Shown: positions 1 through 9,623, numbered from the stretch's first letter. The stretch: 64,000 nt of DNA from Anaerolineae bacterium (GCA_027021705.1 JALUTT010000145.1:64001-128000), one strand, 5' to 3'. Notes: generated from the sequence alone by a model not told the origin. A program made the numbers and translations.

Positions 1-237
1 GTAAGCACAGACAATGTGGAGAGGGCGATTGGCGTGGGTCCGACCATATAGCAGCACGCTTGGATAAGGTGTATCGTCGGGATATTCTTCGATGACCTCG
101 CCGGACAAAACGGCTTCATACACTTCCTGCTCGCTGATCGCGCCAAAGGGTTCATTTTGCATTTCACGGCGGGCGTGGCTCGTGTAGAGCACAGCATCGG
201 CTTGGAAACACCGGATGAGGATACGAATCCAGTCCAT
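1..237 (-). CDS. DUF4258-domain protein (putative toxin of a TA-like pair), truncated by the window edge
   Basis: My translation: MDWIRILIRCFQADAVLYTSHARREMQNEPFGAISEQEVYEAVLSGEVIEEYPDDTPYPSVLLYGRTHANRPLHIVCAY. It shows the HA..M / GEVIEEYPDD.PYPS.LL.G / RPLHIV pattern of DUF4258. The ATG overlaps the ftsK TAA (TAATG). Confidence 0.8.
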   Translation of the reverse strand, partial: MDWIRILIRCFQADAVLYTSHARREMQNEPFGAISEQEVYEAVLSGEVIEEYPDDTPYPSVLLYGRTHANRPLHIVCAY

Positions 238-2555
238 TAAGACGTCTCCTCGGGAGGGATGAGGACTTCTCGCCCTTGTCCACCCTCCGTGGCCGGCCCG
301 ATGATCCCCTTCTCCTCCATCCGGTCTATTAGCCGGGCAGCACGGGTGTAGCCGATGCGGAGCCGGCGCTGAAGCAATGAGATGGATGCCCGCCGCGTCT
401 TGCGGACGATGGCAACGGCTTCTTCCCACAGGGCGTCTTCCTGCTCCCGCTGCGAGACGCGCGATGGCCCCTGCAGTTCTTTCCACAGCGGCGGCTGGGT
501 GACCGAGGAAGACGGTTGCTGGGATGGCGCTCTCTGCTTGCCCGCCTTCTCCTGGTCCTGAGTTCCCCGCGCCCCCTTCCAGTAGCGGATCAACCGGCGC
601 GTCTCCGCATCGGAGACGAAGGCCCCTTGCAGGCGGACCGGCTGGCTGGCGTCGGGAGCCAGGTAGAGCATGTCTCCCCGCCCCAACAGCCGCTCTGCTC
701 CCGTCATGTCCAGGATGACCCGGGAGTCCACCGCCGAGGCGGTGGCGAAGGAGATGCGGGCCGGGAAGTTGGCCTTGATCAGCCCCGTCACCACGTCCAC
801 GCTGGGGCGCTGGGTGGCGATCACCAGGTGGATGCCGGTAGCCCGGGCCATCTGGGCCAGGCGGGTGATGGTCCGTTCCGTCTCGTCCGGAGCCAGCATC
901 ATCAGGTCGGCCAACTCGTCAATGATGACGACGATGTAGGGCATCAGGTCACCCTCGCCGCGCTTCACCACCTGTTGGTTGTAGTCGGCGATGTTGCGGG
1001 CCCCGGCCTTGGCGAAGCGTCGGTATCGTTTGTCCATCTCCCGGGTCACCCATTGCAGGACCCCCACCACCCGCTCCAGGTCCACCACCACCGGTGTGAG
1101 CAGGTGGGGGATGCCGTTGTACTGGGTCAGCTCCACCCGCTTGGGGTCCACCATCAGGAGCTTGAGCTGGTCCGGCGTGTTGAAGGCCAGGAGACAGGCG
1201 ATGATGGCGTTGATGCAGACCGATTTGCCGGACCCGGTGGTGCCGGCGATGAGCAGGTGGGGCATAGCCGTCAGGTCGGCGACCACCGGCTGCCCGGAGA
1301 CGTCCTGGCCCAGAGCGAGCCGCAGGGGGGAGCGGAGCTTGCGGAAGGGCTCCGACTCGACGATGTCGCGCAGAGCGACCAAGGCAACCTCGGCGTTGGG
1401 GACCTCGATGCCCACGATGGACTTGCCGGGCACAGGGGCTTCGATGCGGATGGAGGGGGCGGCCAGGGCCAGGGCCAGGTCGTCGGCCAGGGCGCTGATG
1501 CGGCTGACCTTGACCTTGGTGCGCTTTCCCCCGCGCCCCTCGATGAAACCGGGCTCGACGCCAAACTGGGTGATGACCGGCCCCCGGTTGACCTCGACCA
1601 CGCGACCGGGCACGCCGAGGCTCTGCAGGGTCTGCTCGATGATCTGGACCCGTTCCCGGATCTCGGCCTCGCTCAGGTCCTGCTCGCCCCCCGGCTCGAA
1701 GATGGCGGTGATGTCGGGGAGCTGCCAGCGCTGCTGCCCGCCGATGATGCGGGGGTGGAGGAGTGGAGGGGGCTCCGTCGGCGCAGTCGTCGGCGGCTTT
1801 TTCGAGGGTTCACGGCCGGCGGGGCGGGCCGGTGAGGGTGGCGCTTTAGAGGGGGCAGGGCGACGTCGGGAGGTGGGCTTGGCCGGCGGGGGTTGGGCCT
1901 CCGGGGCCGGTGGGGGCTCCGACGGCGCCGGGGGAAGCCAGTCGGCCGGCTTGGAGGGCCATACCCGCCGGTAGAGGCGGGCGCTCCCCTGGATGATCTC
2001 CGCCGGGGAGAGGCTGAAGGCGAGCATCCCCCCGATCACCAGCAGGCCCAGCAGGACGAGGATGGCGCCGGCCGTCCCCACGGCTCCCTGGAGCAGTTGG
2101 GCGAGGATCATTCCCAGGTATCCCCCGCCGACCCCGCGCTCGGCCAGGTCGGGCCAGGGCTGGTCGTAGAAGGGGCCGGCGAGCATGTGGAAGCCGGCCA
2201 GGGCGGTCAGGAAGAGGAGGACGGCTCCGATCATCCGTTCCCCTTCGACCTGGGGCAGCCGGTCGCCGAAGTGGCGGAGCACCAGCCAGAGGCCGGCCCC
2301 TCCCATCCCCAGGGGCACGACGTAGACCCCCCAGCCGAAGGTCTGGCTCAGGAGCCGGAGCCACAGGCCGGTCAGCGCCCCCTGGCTGGCGGAGAGGAAG
2401 CTGAGGATGGTCAGCAGGGCCAGGAGCACCAACCCGACCCCCAGGATGTCCAGCCACTGGTCCAGGGTGAGCGTCAGAGGGGGCTTCCGGGGGGTGCCCT
2501 TCTTCCGCGACTTCCCCTTCTTCGATTTCGATGAGCGGCCCTTTCGCTTCGTCAT
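237..2555 (-). CDS. ftsK: DNA translocase FtsK/SpoIIIE (4TM N-terminus, Pro-rich linker, motor, gamma domain)
   Basis: PHLLIAGTTGSGKS Walker A, IIDELADLMM Walker B, ATQRPSVDV, and gamma domain SISLLQRRLRIGYTRAARLID. Start moved to MTKRKGR at 2555. Confidence 0.97.
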   Translation of the reverse strand: MTKRKGRSSKSKKGKSRKKGTPRKPPLTLTLDQWLDILGVGLVLLALLTILSFLSASQGALTGLWLRLLSQTFGWGVYVVPLGMGGAGLWLVLRHFGDRLPQVEGERMIGAVLLFLTALAGFHMLAGPFYDQPWPDLAERGVGGGYLGMILAQLLQGAVGTAGAILVLLGLLVIGGMLAFSLSPAEIIQGSARLYRRVWPSKPADWLPPAPSEPPPAPEAQPPPAKPTSRRRPAPSKAPPSPARPAGREPSKKPPTTAPTEPPPLLHPRIIGGQQRWQLPDITAIFEPGGEQDLSEAEIRERVQIIEQTLQSLGVPGRVVEVNRGPVITQFGVEPGFIEGRGGKRTKVKVSRISALADDLALALAAPSIRIEAPVPGKSIVGIEVPNAEVALVALRDIVESEPFRKLRSPLRLALGQDVSGQPVVADLTAMPHLLIAGTTGSGKSVCINAIIACLLAFNTPDQLKLLMVDPKRVELTQYNGIPHLLTPVVVDLERVVGVLQWVTREMDKRYRRFAKAGARNIADYNQQVVKRGEGDLMPYIVVIIDELADLMMLAPDETERTITRLAQMARATGIHLVIATQRPSVDVVTGLIKANFPARISFATASAVDSRVILDMTGAERLLGRGDMLYLAPDASQPVRLQGAFVSDAETRRLIRYWKGARGTQDQEKAGKQRAPSQQPSSSVTQPPLWKELQGPSRVSQREQEDALWEEAVAIVRKTRRASISLLQRRLRIGYTRAARLIDRMEEKGIIGPATEGGQGREVLIPPEETS

Positions 2556-2631
2556 CTGTCGGATCTTAGGAAAAGGCAGCGAGCGGTTGGCCGGGTGCGT
2601 TATCCGGCAGGAGTGGGTAAGGAGAGAGTGT

Positions 2632-3021
2632 CTACGTTGGAGAGAGTTCAGGCTCAAGCAGATGTTCTAGCATCAGTTTTTCCAGAGTAACGTCTCCGCG
2701 CAGGGTGGTCACCGGCTCCGCTTGTCCAGGGAGGGGGGCAATCTTCAAATAAAGGCTTACGGGCGGACGTGTCAGGATCCTCCAGACGATCTGGCGGAGT
2801 TCGGGGGGAAAGTCATCCAGTCGAGAGAGGGGAAGTGGCCTTGGGTGGTGCACAAGGTTGGAGAAGTCTAGCAGGGTTAGGCCTACCGCTTCCCCGGTTG
2901 GAGCGTCAAATCGCAGGACGATGTTGTCATTGAGGGAGACACTGCTTCCTTTCTGGCCTTTTGCGAAAGAGATGTACAGAACATCACCTTCGGCATCGTA
3001 AGAGAGATGTAGTTCTCGCAT
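2632..3021 (-). CDS. DUF2283-domain protein (putative antitoxin)
   Basis: N-terminal LSYDAEGDVLYISF...IVLRFD..TGEAVGLTLLDFS is the DUF2283 pattern. Lies directly downstream of a small toxin-like gene. Confidence 0.8.
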   Translation of the reverse strand: MRELHLSYDAEGDVLYISFAKGQKGSSVSLNDNIVLRFDAPTGEAVGLTLLDFSNLVHHPRPLPLSRLDDFPPELRQIVWRILTRPPVSLYLKIAPLPGQAEPVTTLRGDVTLEKLMLEHLLEPELSPT

Positions 3022-3022
3022 T

Positions 3023-3328
3023 TCACTTCCTCGGGATGTAGTCCTGATAGGCCGTTACGACGAACCGATCTTTAGGCGGACGAAGTACAACCACCACGAC
3101 GATGCAATTGTTCCACTCCTGCAACCCTTCGACTTCCCATCCGACGTAAAACCACTTGTGAGGGTTGAGAGGGTCTTGGCGTCGCCTTGCTGTGCGGACG
3201 ATCCGGCGCATAGCCTCAAAAAAGGGCTCCATTTCAGGATGGAATTCGACGATGTGGGACCATCGTTCCCAGGTTAGGTAGATTTCGTGACCATATCTGT
3301 CCTTGACGATCCAGGCTTTACCCCTCAT
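3023..3328 (-). CDS. Small RelE/Barnase-EndoU-like putative ribonuclease toxin
   Basis: 101 aa from MRGKAW, with IYLTWERWSHIVEFHPEM...FVVTAY pattern typical of partners of DUF2283. Confidence 0.6.
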   Translation of the reverse strand: MRGKAWIVKDRYGHEIYLTWERWSHIVEFHPEMEPFFEAMRRIVRTARRRQDPLNPHKWFYVGWEVEGLQEWNNCIVVVVVLRPPKDRFVVTAYQDYIPRK

Positions 3329-3335
3329 AGGGAGC

Positions 3336-3364
3336 ATTATAAGCGTCCTTGCCAGGACCGTCAA
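3336..3364 (-). promoter_or_regulatory. sigma70 promoter, probably leaderless, with a palindrome in the spacer
   Basis: TTGACG-17bp-TATAAT ends 7 nt before ATG 3328, with no SD. The spacer contains the inverted repeat GTCCT-N4-AGGAC. Confidence 0.8.
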
Positions 3365-3464
3365 GGCAGCCGTCTTTTCGTGATCACCCATATCTCGGGA
3401 GTCCGCCCGGCCCGCCCAGACCTGGAAGGTCCGGGCTGAGAGAAGCAAAGCCCTAGGGGTGGCT

Positions 3465-3538
3465 CCTTAAATCCGCGCATTCGTGCCCCATTCGTGGACG
3501 GCCCATCTCCCCGCCTCCAGGATACGGGTAATCACCGG
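3465..3538. mobile_element. MITE-2 partial copy (right half)
   Basis: Matches the right end of the full copy 56625-56781 (ATTCGTGCCCC.TTCGTGGACGGC...GGGTAATCACCGG). A possible decayed left end GTGATCACCCATA lies at about 3380. Confidence 0.7.
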
Positions 3539-4308
3539 GACCGCCGCTCTCCGGCTCTGGGGGAACACCCTCGCTCCCGCAGGACGAGCAGCACGAAGTG
3601 GGGGAGGGCGAGCTGACGCCGCCAGCGCCAGGGCTGGCGCAGGAGCCGGTAGAACCACTCCAGCCCCAGGCGTCGGACCCAGGGCGGGGCCCGCCGCACG
3701 ACGCCGGCAAAGTAGTCCAGCGCCCCGCCCACCCCCATCGCCACGGGAACGCCCAGCCGCTGCTGATTGCGGGCGATCCAGAGGTCCTGGGCCGGCGCTC
3801 CATAGGCGACGAAGAGCACGTGGGGCCGGGCAGCCCGGATGCGGGCGACGATCTCCGCCTCGTCGTCGGGGCGGGGCGAACCGGCGTAGCAGCCGGCGAC
3901 GGTTAGGCCGGGATAGCGCCGTTGTAAGGCCGCGCCGGCCCGCTCCGCCACCCCCGGCGCCGCCCCCAGCAGGAAGAGCCGCCAGCCCTGCCGGGCCGCC
4001 CGGGCGGCGATCTTCTCGGCCAGGTCCACGCCGGCCACCTGCTCCCGCAGGGGATGGCCCAGCCGCCGGGCTGCCCAGAGCACGCCGACGCTGTCGGGCA
4101 CGCAGAGGGCGGCCTGATCGAGCACCCGACGGAAACGGGGGTGACGCCGGGCCGTCATAATGAACTCGACGTTGACGGTGGCGATCTGGTGGGGCCGGCC
4201 GTCGGCGATGAACCCGGCGATCCGGGCCAGGGCCTCCTCGTGGGTCACGTCGTCCACCCGCACCCCGAGGATTCGGATGGAACGGACTTGTAGACCGGTG
4301 CTCACCAT
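3532..4308 (-). CDS. WecB/TagA/CpsF family glycosyltransferase
   Basis: IATVNVEF, PDSVGV, LFVAYGAPAQDLWI, GVGGALD, RAPPWVRRLGLEWFYRL motifs. Confidence 0.95.
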   Translation of the reverse strand: MVSTGLQVRSIRILGVRVDDVTHEEALARIAGFIADGRPHQIATVNVEFIMTARRHPRFRRVLDQAALCVPDSVGVLWAARRLGHPLREQVAGVDLAEKIAARAARQGWRLFLLGAAPGVAERAGAALQRRYPGLTVAGCYAGSPRPDDEAEIVARIRAARPHVLFVAYGAPAQDLWIARNQQRLGVPVAMGVGGALDYFAGVVRRAPPWVRRLGLEWFYRLLRQPWRWRRQLALPHFVLLVLRERGCSPRAGERRSR

Positions 4309-4321
4309 CTCGCTCCTCGCC

Positions 4322-5506
4322 TCACGTTGCCTTGGCCCGCCGTTCCTCGTCCAGCACCCGACCCATCACCTCCAGGACGGTCTGGGCGCAGGATTCCCAG
4401 GAAAAGCGGCGGACGTTGGCCCGTCCCCGCTCGATCAGCGTCGCCCGCAGCCCCGGCTCCGTCACCACCCGGTACAGGGCAGCGGCCAGGGCCTCCACAT
4501 CCATCGGATCCACCAGCAGGGCCGCGTCGCCGGCCACCTCGGGCAGCGAGGACCGGTCGCTGCAGACCACCGGCGTGCCGCAGACCTGGGCCTCCAGCAC
4601 GGGGAAGCCGAACCCCTCGTAGAGGGAGGGGAAGACGAAGGCCAGCGCCCCGCTGAGCAACGCGGCTTTGTCCGCGTCGTCCACGTAGCCGGGGAAGAGG
4701 ACCCGCCCCTCCAGCCCCAGCGTCCGCACCCGCCGGAAGAGGCCGTCGTAAAGCCAGCCTCGCCGACCGGCCAGGACCAGGGAGAGCCCCCGGTCATCGG
4801 GGTCCAGGCGTGACTGCAGCCGGGCGAAGGCCTCCACCAGCCGGACCAGGTTCTTGCGCGGCTGGAGCGTCCCCAGGTAGAGCAGGTAGGGCCGGCGGAT
4901 GCCGTACCGGGCCAGCGTCCGCGCGATGCGCTGGGGGTCCCGGGCGGGGGCCAGCGTCGGGTCCAGGCCGGGGTAGGCGACGACGATCCGGTCGGGATCG
5001 GTCCCGTAGTGGCGGGTCAGGTCGGCCCGTGTCGCCTCGGAGTCGGCCAGGATGGCGGCGGCCCGCCGGGCGTTGTGGCGGGTGGACCATTCCAAATACC
5101 AGCGCTGACCGGGGGGGTGGGCTTCCGGGAAGTGGCGGTAGCCCAGGTCGTGGACGGTGACGAGGGCCGGTGGGCGGGTCCAGAGGGGCAGGACGTGGGC
5201 CGGCACGAAGAGCAGATCGGGCGGGTGGTGGGCCACCTCCCAACCCAGCCGCAGGTGGGTCCAGAGGCGGGGGAAGGGGATCACCCGGTGCTCTACGTGG
5301 GGATGGTCAGTGAAGAGGGAGGACGACGCCGGGGGGCGGTTGAAGTAGAGCCGCCAGCGGAGGGTCCGGGAGCGCCCCTGCACCACCAGCCGATCCTGAG
5401 CGATCAGCGCTCCGATGAGGTGGCGGGAGTAGCGCTCCGTGCCCGTGGGCCGTTCGGAGACGGCCCGGCTGGCGTCCACACCGATGCAGAGCGGGTTCCC
5501 AGTCAT
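4322..5506 (-). CDS. Glycosyltransferase family 4 (GT-B)
   Basis: TGTERY, VTVHDL, LGTLQPRKNL, FPSLYEGFGFPVLEA motifs. Start MTGNPL overlaps the upstream stop (ATGA). Confidence 0.95.
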   Translation of the reverse strand: MTGNPLCIGVDASRAVSERPTGTERYSRHLIGALIAQDRLVVQGRSRTLRWRLYFNRPPASSSLFTDHPHVEHRVIPFPRLWTHLRLGWEVAHHPPDLLFVPAHVLPLWTRPPALVTVHDLGYRHFPEAHPPGQRWYLEWSTRHNARRAAAILADSEATRADLTRHYGTDPDRIVVAYPGLDPTLAPARDPQRIARTLARYGIRRPYLLYLGTLQPRKNLVRLVEAFARLQSRLDPDDRGLSLVLAGRRGWLYDGLFRRVRTLGLEGRVLFPGYVDDADKAALLSGALAFVFPSLYEGFGFPVLEAQVCGTPVVCSDRSSLPEVAGDAALLVDPMDVEALAAALYRVVTEPGLRATLIERGRANVRRFSWESCAQTVLEVMGRVLDEERRAKAT

Positions 5507-6048
5507 CCCTTGCCGCGCTGGAGGAGCCAGCTCAGACCGGCGAGGATGAGGAGCAGAGGCCAGAAGCGCAGCAGCGGGGCCAGGGATGCCGCCAGGCCCA
5601 GGGTGAAGACGAAAGCGATCAGCCCGACGAGGACGCTCCAAAAGCCCGCTTGCAGGGCCTCTCGGTCGCGCAGCCCTCCCAGCACGTACTGGGATAGGAA
5701 GGCGATACCGGCAATGAGGAAGAAGGCCGGCCAGAGCACCCTCATATCTCCCCAATCCACCCGCCCCACCTGCTCGAAAGGCAGGGTGATCCCCTCCAGC
5801 GTGAAGAGCAGGAAGAAGGCCCCCAGGAGGGTGGTCGAAACGCCGACGAAGATGAGGCCGGGGTCCCGGTCGGCACCGCTGGCGTACTGGAACAGGAAGG
5901 CCAGACCGGCCAATAGGATAAAGCCTGGCCAGAGTTCCCCCAGGCTGGGAAACCGCACGCCCTCGAGCAGCCCCAGGTTGTCCAGAAGGAAGTAGACCCC
6001 CAACAGGATCAGGATGAGCGCCGGAAGAAGAGACCTGCGTTGTTTCAT
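5503..6048 (-). CDS. LiaF/DUF5668-like membrane protein
   Basis: Repeated LILLGxxFLL...LWP.F.L.AG transmembrane units. Confidence 0.75.
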   Translation of the reverse strand: MKQRRSLLPALILILLGVYFLLDNLGLLEGVRFPSLGELWPGFILLAGLAFLFQYASGADRDPGLIFVGVSTTLLGAFFLLFTLEGITLPFEQVGRVDWGDMRVLWPAFFLIAGIAFLSQYVLGGLRDREALQAGFWSVLVGLIAFVFTLGLAASLAPLLRFWPLLLILAGLSWLLQRGKG

Positions 6049-6680
6049 TGCTCTCCTCTCAAGAAACCAAGTTCTCGGCGGATTTCCGATGCGGGGATCG
6101 CCCCCTCCCGCAGCAGGCGTGGCGGGTCCACGGTGCAGTCCACCACGGTGGAAGGAACTCCGCCGGGACAGGGGCCGCCGTCCAAGATGAGGGGAACCCG
6201 TCCGCCCAATTGGGCCAGGGCCTCCTGAGCGGTGCGGGGGCTGGGCTGTCCGGAGCGGTTGGCGCTGGTGGCGGCCAGCGGTGCGCCGGCCGCCCGGATG
6301 AGGGCCCGGACTCCCTCGTGGTCGGGCAGCCGGACGGCGACGGTCGGCCCAGGGCTGACCTCGGCGGGAACCTCCGGGCGCTTGGGCAGGACCAGGGTCA
6401 GCCCGCCGGGCCAGAAGCGGGCGATGAGTCGCCGGGCTGCCGGCGTCACCTTTGTCACTGCCTGTTCCAGGTCCTCAGGATCGGCGATCAGGAGGGGGAT
6501 GGCCTTCTCTCCGGGCCGGTCCTTGACCCGGTAGAGGCGGGCGACGGCCTGAGGGTGGGTGATCAGCGCCCCAACGCCGTAGACGGTGTCGGTGGGGAAG
6601 ATCACCAGGTCGCCGGACCGCAGCAGGGCGGCGGCCTGGGCGATGGCCTCTTCGCTCAGGGTGAGGATCCGGGTTTCCAC
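6045..6680 (-). CDS. tsaC: L-threonylcarbamoyladenylate synthase (YrdC/Sua5 domain)
   Basis: FPTDTVYG, KDRPGEK, FWPGGLTLV, TSANRSG, PSTVVD motifs. Confidence 0.95.
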   Translation of the reverse strand: METRILTLSEEAIAQAAALLRSGDLVIFPTDTVYGVGALITHPQAVARLYRVKDRPGEKAIPLLIADPEDLEQAVTKVTPAARRLIARFWPGGLTLVLPKRPEVPAEVSPGPTVAVRLPDHEGVRALIRAAGAPLAATSANRSGQPSPRTAQEALAQLGGRVPLILDGGPCPGGVPSTVVDCTVDPPRLLREGAIPASEIRRELGFLRGEQ

Positions 6681-6695
6681 TCGGACCTCCGAGGT

Positions 6696-7769
6696 CTAAA
6701 TCTGCTCCAGGTAGGGGGCGATGGCCTCTAGGGTGGCAGGAATGGAGGCCGGGTTCCCTGCCTGCTGCATCGCCGTATCCGGGTCTTTCAGGCCGTGGCC
6801 GGTGAGCACGGCCACGACGACCTTTCCTTGCACCGAGAGCCGTCCGGCGGCCACCTCCTGGGCCAGGCCGGCCAGGCCCGTCGCCGAGGCCGGCTCGACG
6901 AAGACCCCCTCGATCCGGGCCAGGAGCGACCAGGTCCGCAGGATTGCCTCGTCGGGGACGGCCACGACCTGCCCGCCCGACTCCTCCAGGGCGGCCGCGG
7001 CCTCCCGCCACCGGGCCGGATTGCCGATGCGGATGGCCGTGGCCACCGTTTCCGGGTGCGGGATGGGGTGACCACGCACCAACGGGGCCGCACCCTCGGC
7101 CTGCACCCCCAGCAGGCGGGGCAGCCGGGCGATCTGCCCCATCGCGTGGTACTGGGTGAAACCCATCCAATAGGCGGTGATGTTGCCGGCGTTGCCCACG
7201 GGGAGCACCAGCCAGTCGGGGGCGTCTCCCAACTGGTCGCAGACCTCGAAGGCGGCGGTCTTCTGTCCCTCCAGCCGGTAGGGGTTGAGGGAGTTGACCA
7301 GGGCGACGGGGTAGCGCTCGACGGCCTCCCGGACCAGGCGGAGCCCCTCGTCGAAGGAGCCATCAATGGCCAGCACCTGAGCTCCGTAGGCCAAGGAGGC
7401 GGCCAGCTTGCCCAGGGCGATCTTGCCGCCGGGCACCACGACGATGCCCCGCACGCCGGCGCGGGCCGCGTAGGCGGCCGCCGAGGCCGCCGTGTTGCCC
7501 GTGCTGGCACAGATCACCGCCCTGGCCCCTTCGGCCACGGCCTGGCTGACGGCCACCGTCATCCCTCGGTCCTTGAAGGAACCGGTTGGATTCAGCCCTT
7601 CGTACTTGAGATAGAGAGCACAAGAGAGCCCCAGAGCTTCGGCCAGACGGGGAGCCGGGATGAGGGGGGTGTTGCCCTCCAGCAGGGTGATGGCTGGCGC
7701 GTCGGGGGCGAGCCGGATTAGCGAACGATAGCGGGCGATGACCCCTGGCCAAGGGCTCCTTTCTTCCAT
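6696..7769 (-). CDS. thrC: Threonine synthase
   Basis: EGNTPL, EGLNPTGSFKDRG (PLP lysine), CASTGNTAAS, PVGNAGN, LTGHGLKD. Start moved to MEERSP. Confidence 0.96.
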   Translation of the reverse strand: MEERSPWPGVIARYRSLIRLAPDAPAITLLEGNTPLIPAPRLAEALGLSCALYLKYEGLNPTGSFKDRGMTVAVSQAVAEGARAVICASTGNTAASAAAYAARAGVRGIVVVPGGKIALGKLAASLAYGAQVLAIDGSFDEGLRLVREAVERYPVALVNSLNPYRLEGQKTAAFEVCDQLGDAPDWLVLPVGNAGNITAYWMGFTQYHAMGQIARLPRLLGVQAEGAAPLVRGHPIPHPETVATAIRIGNPARWREAAAALEESGGQVVAVPDEAILRTWSLLARIEGVFVEPASATGLAGLAQEVAAGRLSVQGKVVVAVLTGHGLKDPDTAMQQAGNPASIPATLEAIAPYLEQI

Positions 7770-7779
7770 ACTGGACCTC

Positions 7780-8937
7780 TTACCCGCTCGTGATGGGGAT
7801 CTGGACGGTGAAGGTGCTGCCCTTGCCCTCCTCGCTCTCCACACGGATCTCCCCTTTGTGAAGCTGGACCACGTGCTGAGCCAGGGGGAGCCCCAGGCCG
7901 ATACCCCCGAAGAGACGATCCCCGATCCGCTCCCGACGGGTAAAGGGCTCGAAGATTTTGTCCAGGAACTCGGCCGGGATACCTACTCCGTGATCGGTGA
8001 TCCGGACTTGGGCCATGTTGTCCGTCCGTCCTACGTGGACGATGATCTCGCCTCCTCCCTGGCCGAACTTCACTGCGTTGTCCATCAGAGCCATCAGAGC
8101 CCGACGCAGCCCCTCGGCGTCCCCCAGGATAGGCGGAAGCCCGGGCTCCACCGAAAAGCGGATCTCCAGGCCCGCCTCGTCGGCCTTGGGGCGGATGGCC
8201 TGGAGGGCCTCCATGGCGACCTCCGCGAGAGAGACGGGCTCGAAATCGGGGGTGATGAGGTCCAGCTCCTGGAGGAAGAGGATGTTGTTCACCAGGTGAA
8301 CGACGGTCTCCACGTTTTTGAGCACCGTCTCCAGCGTCTGTTGGAGCTGCTCTCCCTGCACGAGGCCCTTGGAGGCAAGCTGAAGGTACCCTTTGGCGGT
8401 GGTCAGCGGCGTGCGCAGTTCGTGGGCCACCGTGGTGAGGAATTCGGAGCGGAGTCGCTGCTGTTCCTCTAGCTGGGCGTTCTTCAGGCGTAACTCGGCG
8501 ATGGCCCGCTGGTCGGCATCCCGTAGCCGGGCCGTGACCTTGCGCACGATGGCCAAGGCCAGGCCAGGGCTCTGTTGGAGCAGGGCCTCGAAGTCCTCCT
8601 TGCTGATCTCCAGGAAGGTGCTCTCTGCCACGGTGCGTACTGTGGCCGCCCGAGGCTGCTCTTCGATCAGGGCCATCTCCCCGAAGAACTCGCCGGGACC
8701 GTGGTGCTGGAGGAGCAGGTGTTCTTTGCCCTCCAGGTGTTTGGTCACCCTCACCTCTCCGTCGCAGATGATGTAGAAAGTGTCCTCCATCTCGCCTTCG
8801 TGACAGAGGATGGTGTCAGGAGGGTAGGTCCGGCGACGGGAGACCCGGAGCAGGGCCTTCAGTTCCTCGTCCTCCAGCATAGGAAAGAGATCCTGCAGCA
8901 TTGCCAGCAACTTCTCATTCTCGTCCATCGTCGTCAC
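7780..8937 (-). CDS. Cytoplasmic histidine kinase with N-terminal cyclic-nucleotide-binding domain
   Basis: cNMP domain GEFFGEMAL..QPRAATV; H-box AHELRTPL; N-box DNAVKF; G boxes DHGVGI and GIGLGL. Confidence 0.93.
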   Translation of the reverse strand: MTTMDENEKLLAMLQDLFPMLEDEELKALLRVSRRRTYPPDTILCHEGEMEDTFYIICDGEVRVTKHLEGKEHLLLQHHGPGEFFGEMALIEEQPRAATVRTVAESTFLEISKEDFEALLQQSPGLALAIVRKVTARLRDADQRAIAELRLKNAQLEEQQRLRSEFLTTVAHELRTPLTTAKGYLQLASKGLVQGEQLQQTLETVLKNVETVVHLVNNILFLQELDLITPDFEPVSLAEVAMEALQAIRPKADEAGLEIRFSVEPGLPPILGDAEGLRRALMALMDNAVKFGQGGGEIIVHVGRTDNMAQVRITDHGVGIPAEFLDKIFEPFTRRERIGDRLFGGIGLGLPLAQHVVQLHKGEIRVESEEGKGSTFTVQIPITSG

Positions 8938-9011
8938 TCCTTACCCGGTTCTACGGACCCCATAGCGTGCACACCGGTAAGCGTCAGCCCGGGGAGGTGG
9001 CTTCGATGCCT

Positions 9012-9082
9012 ATTATACCATAACTCCCCTGAGAGCAAACCTGACAGGGGAGATTGACACAAAGGGGAGGGCGTTGTACAAT
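9012..9082. promoter_or_regulatory. Divergent sigma70 promoters
   Basis: Plus strand: TTGACA(9054)-17bp-TACAAT(9077). Minus strand: extended -10 TGgTATAAT (ATTATA at 9012-9017). Confidence 0.75.
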
Positions 9083-9131
9083 GGAGCCGTCCCCAATCCC
9101 ACCGCTCAGCTCAGGAAGGCGAGGTTCCCCT

Positions 9132-9548
9132 ATGGCCACCAAGTACCGGGAAGAGCAGTTGGAACGGATGCTGCGGGAGGAGATCCACGAGCGCATCGAG
9201 GGCGTGCGGGGCTCTGTGGTCATCACCACCAACGGCCTGGTGGTGGCCAGCTACCCCTCGGTGCGGGGTCAGGACCCGCAGGCGGATCCGGCCAGCGGCC
9301 ATTGGGTGGCCGCTCTGGCGGCCGAGATTATCTCCCAGAGCCGGAAGGCCTTTGGCCGGCTGGCTCAAGGGCGCGTCCGGCGCGTCCTGGTGGAAGGCGA
9401 GACCGGTAGCATGATCGTCGTGCCGGCCGGCGATCACGCTGCCCTGGCCGTGATGATCGCCCCCGAGGTCAAGCTGGGGCTGGCGATGTTCCAGATCGGT
9501 CAGGTGGCGGAGCGGGTTGGTGCTTTCCTCGTCCGGGCCGGTCGGTAG
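9132..9548 (+). CDS. Roadblock/LC7 (MglB-like) protein
   Basis: IEGVRGSVVITTNGLVVAS...VLVEGETG...KLGL pattern. SD GAGG lies before ATG 9132. Confidence 0.88.
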   Translation: MATKYREEQLERMLREEIHERIEGVRGSVVITTNGLVVASYPSVRGQDPQADPASGHWVAALAAEIISQSRKAFGRLAQGRVRRVLVEGETGSMIVVPAGDHAALAVMIAPEVKLGLAMFQIGQVAERVGAFLVRAGR

Positions 9549-9623
9549 GAGTCGCCTGGAGAGGATGGAGGGCTGGTCTCCATCGGTGAACGGCGGCCTT
9601 GGGAAAGCCGGGGAGGTCGGCGG

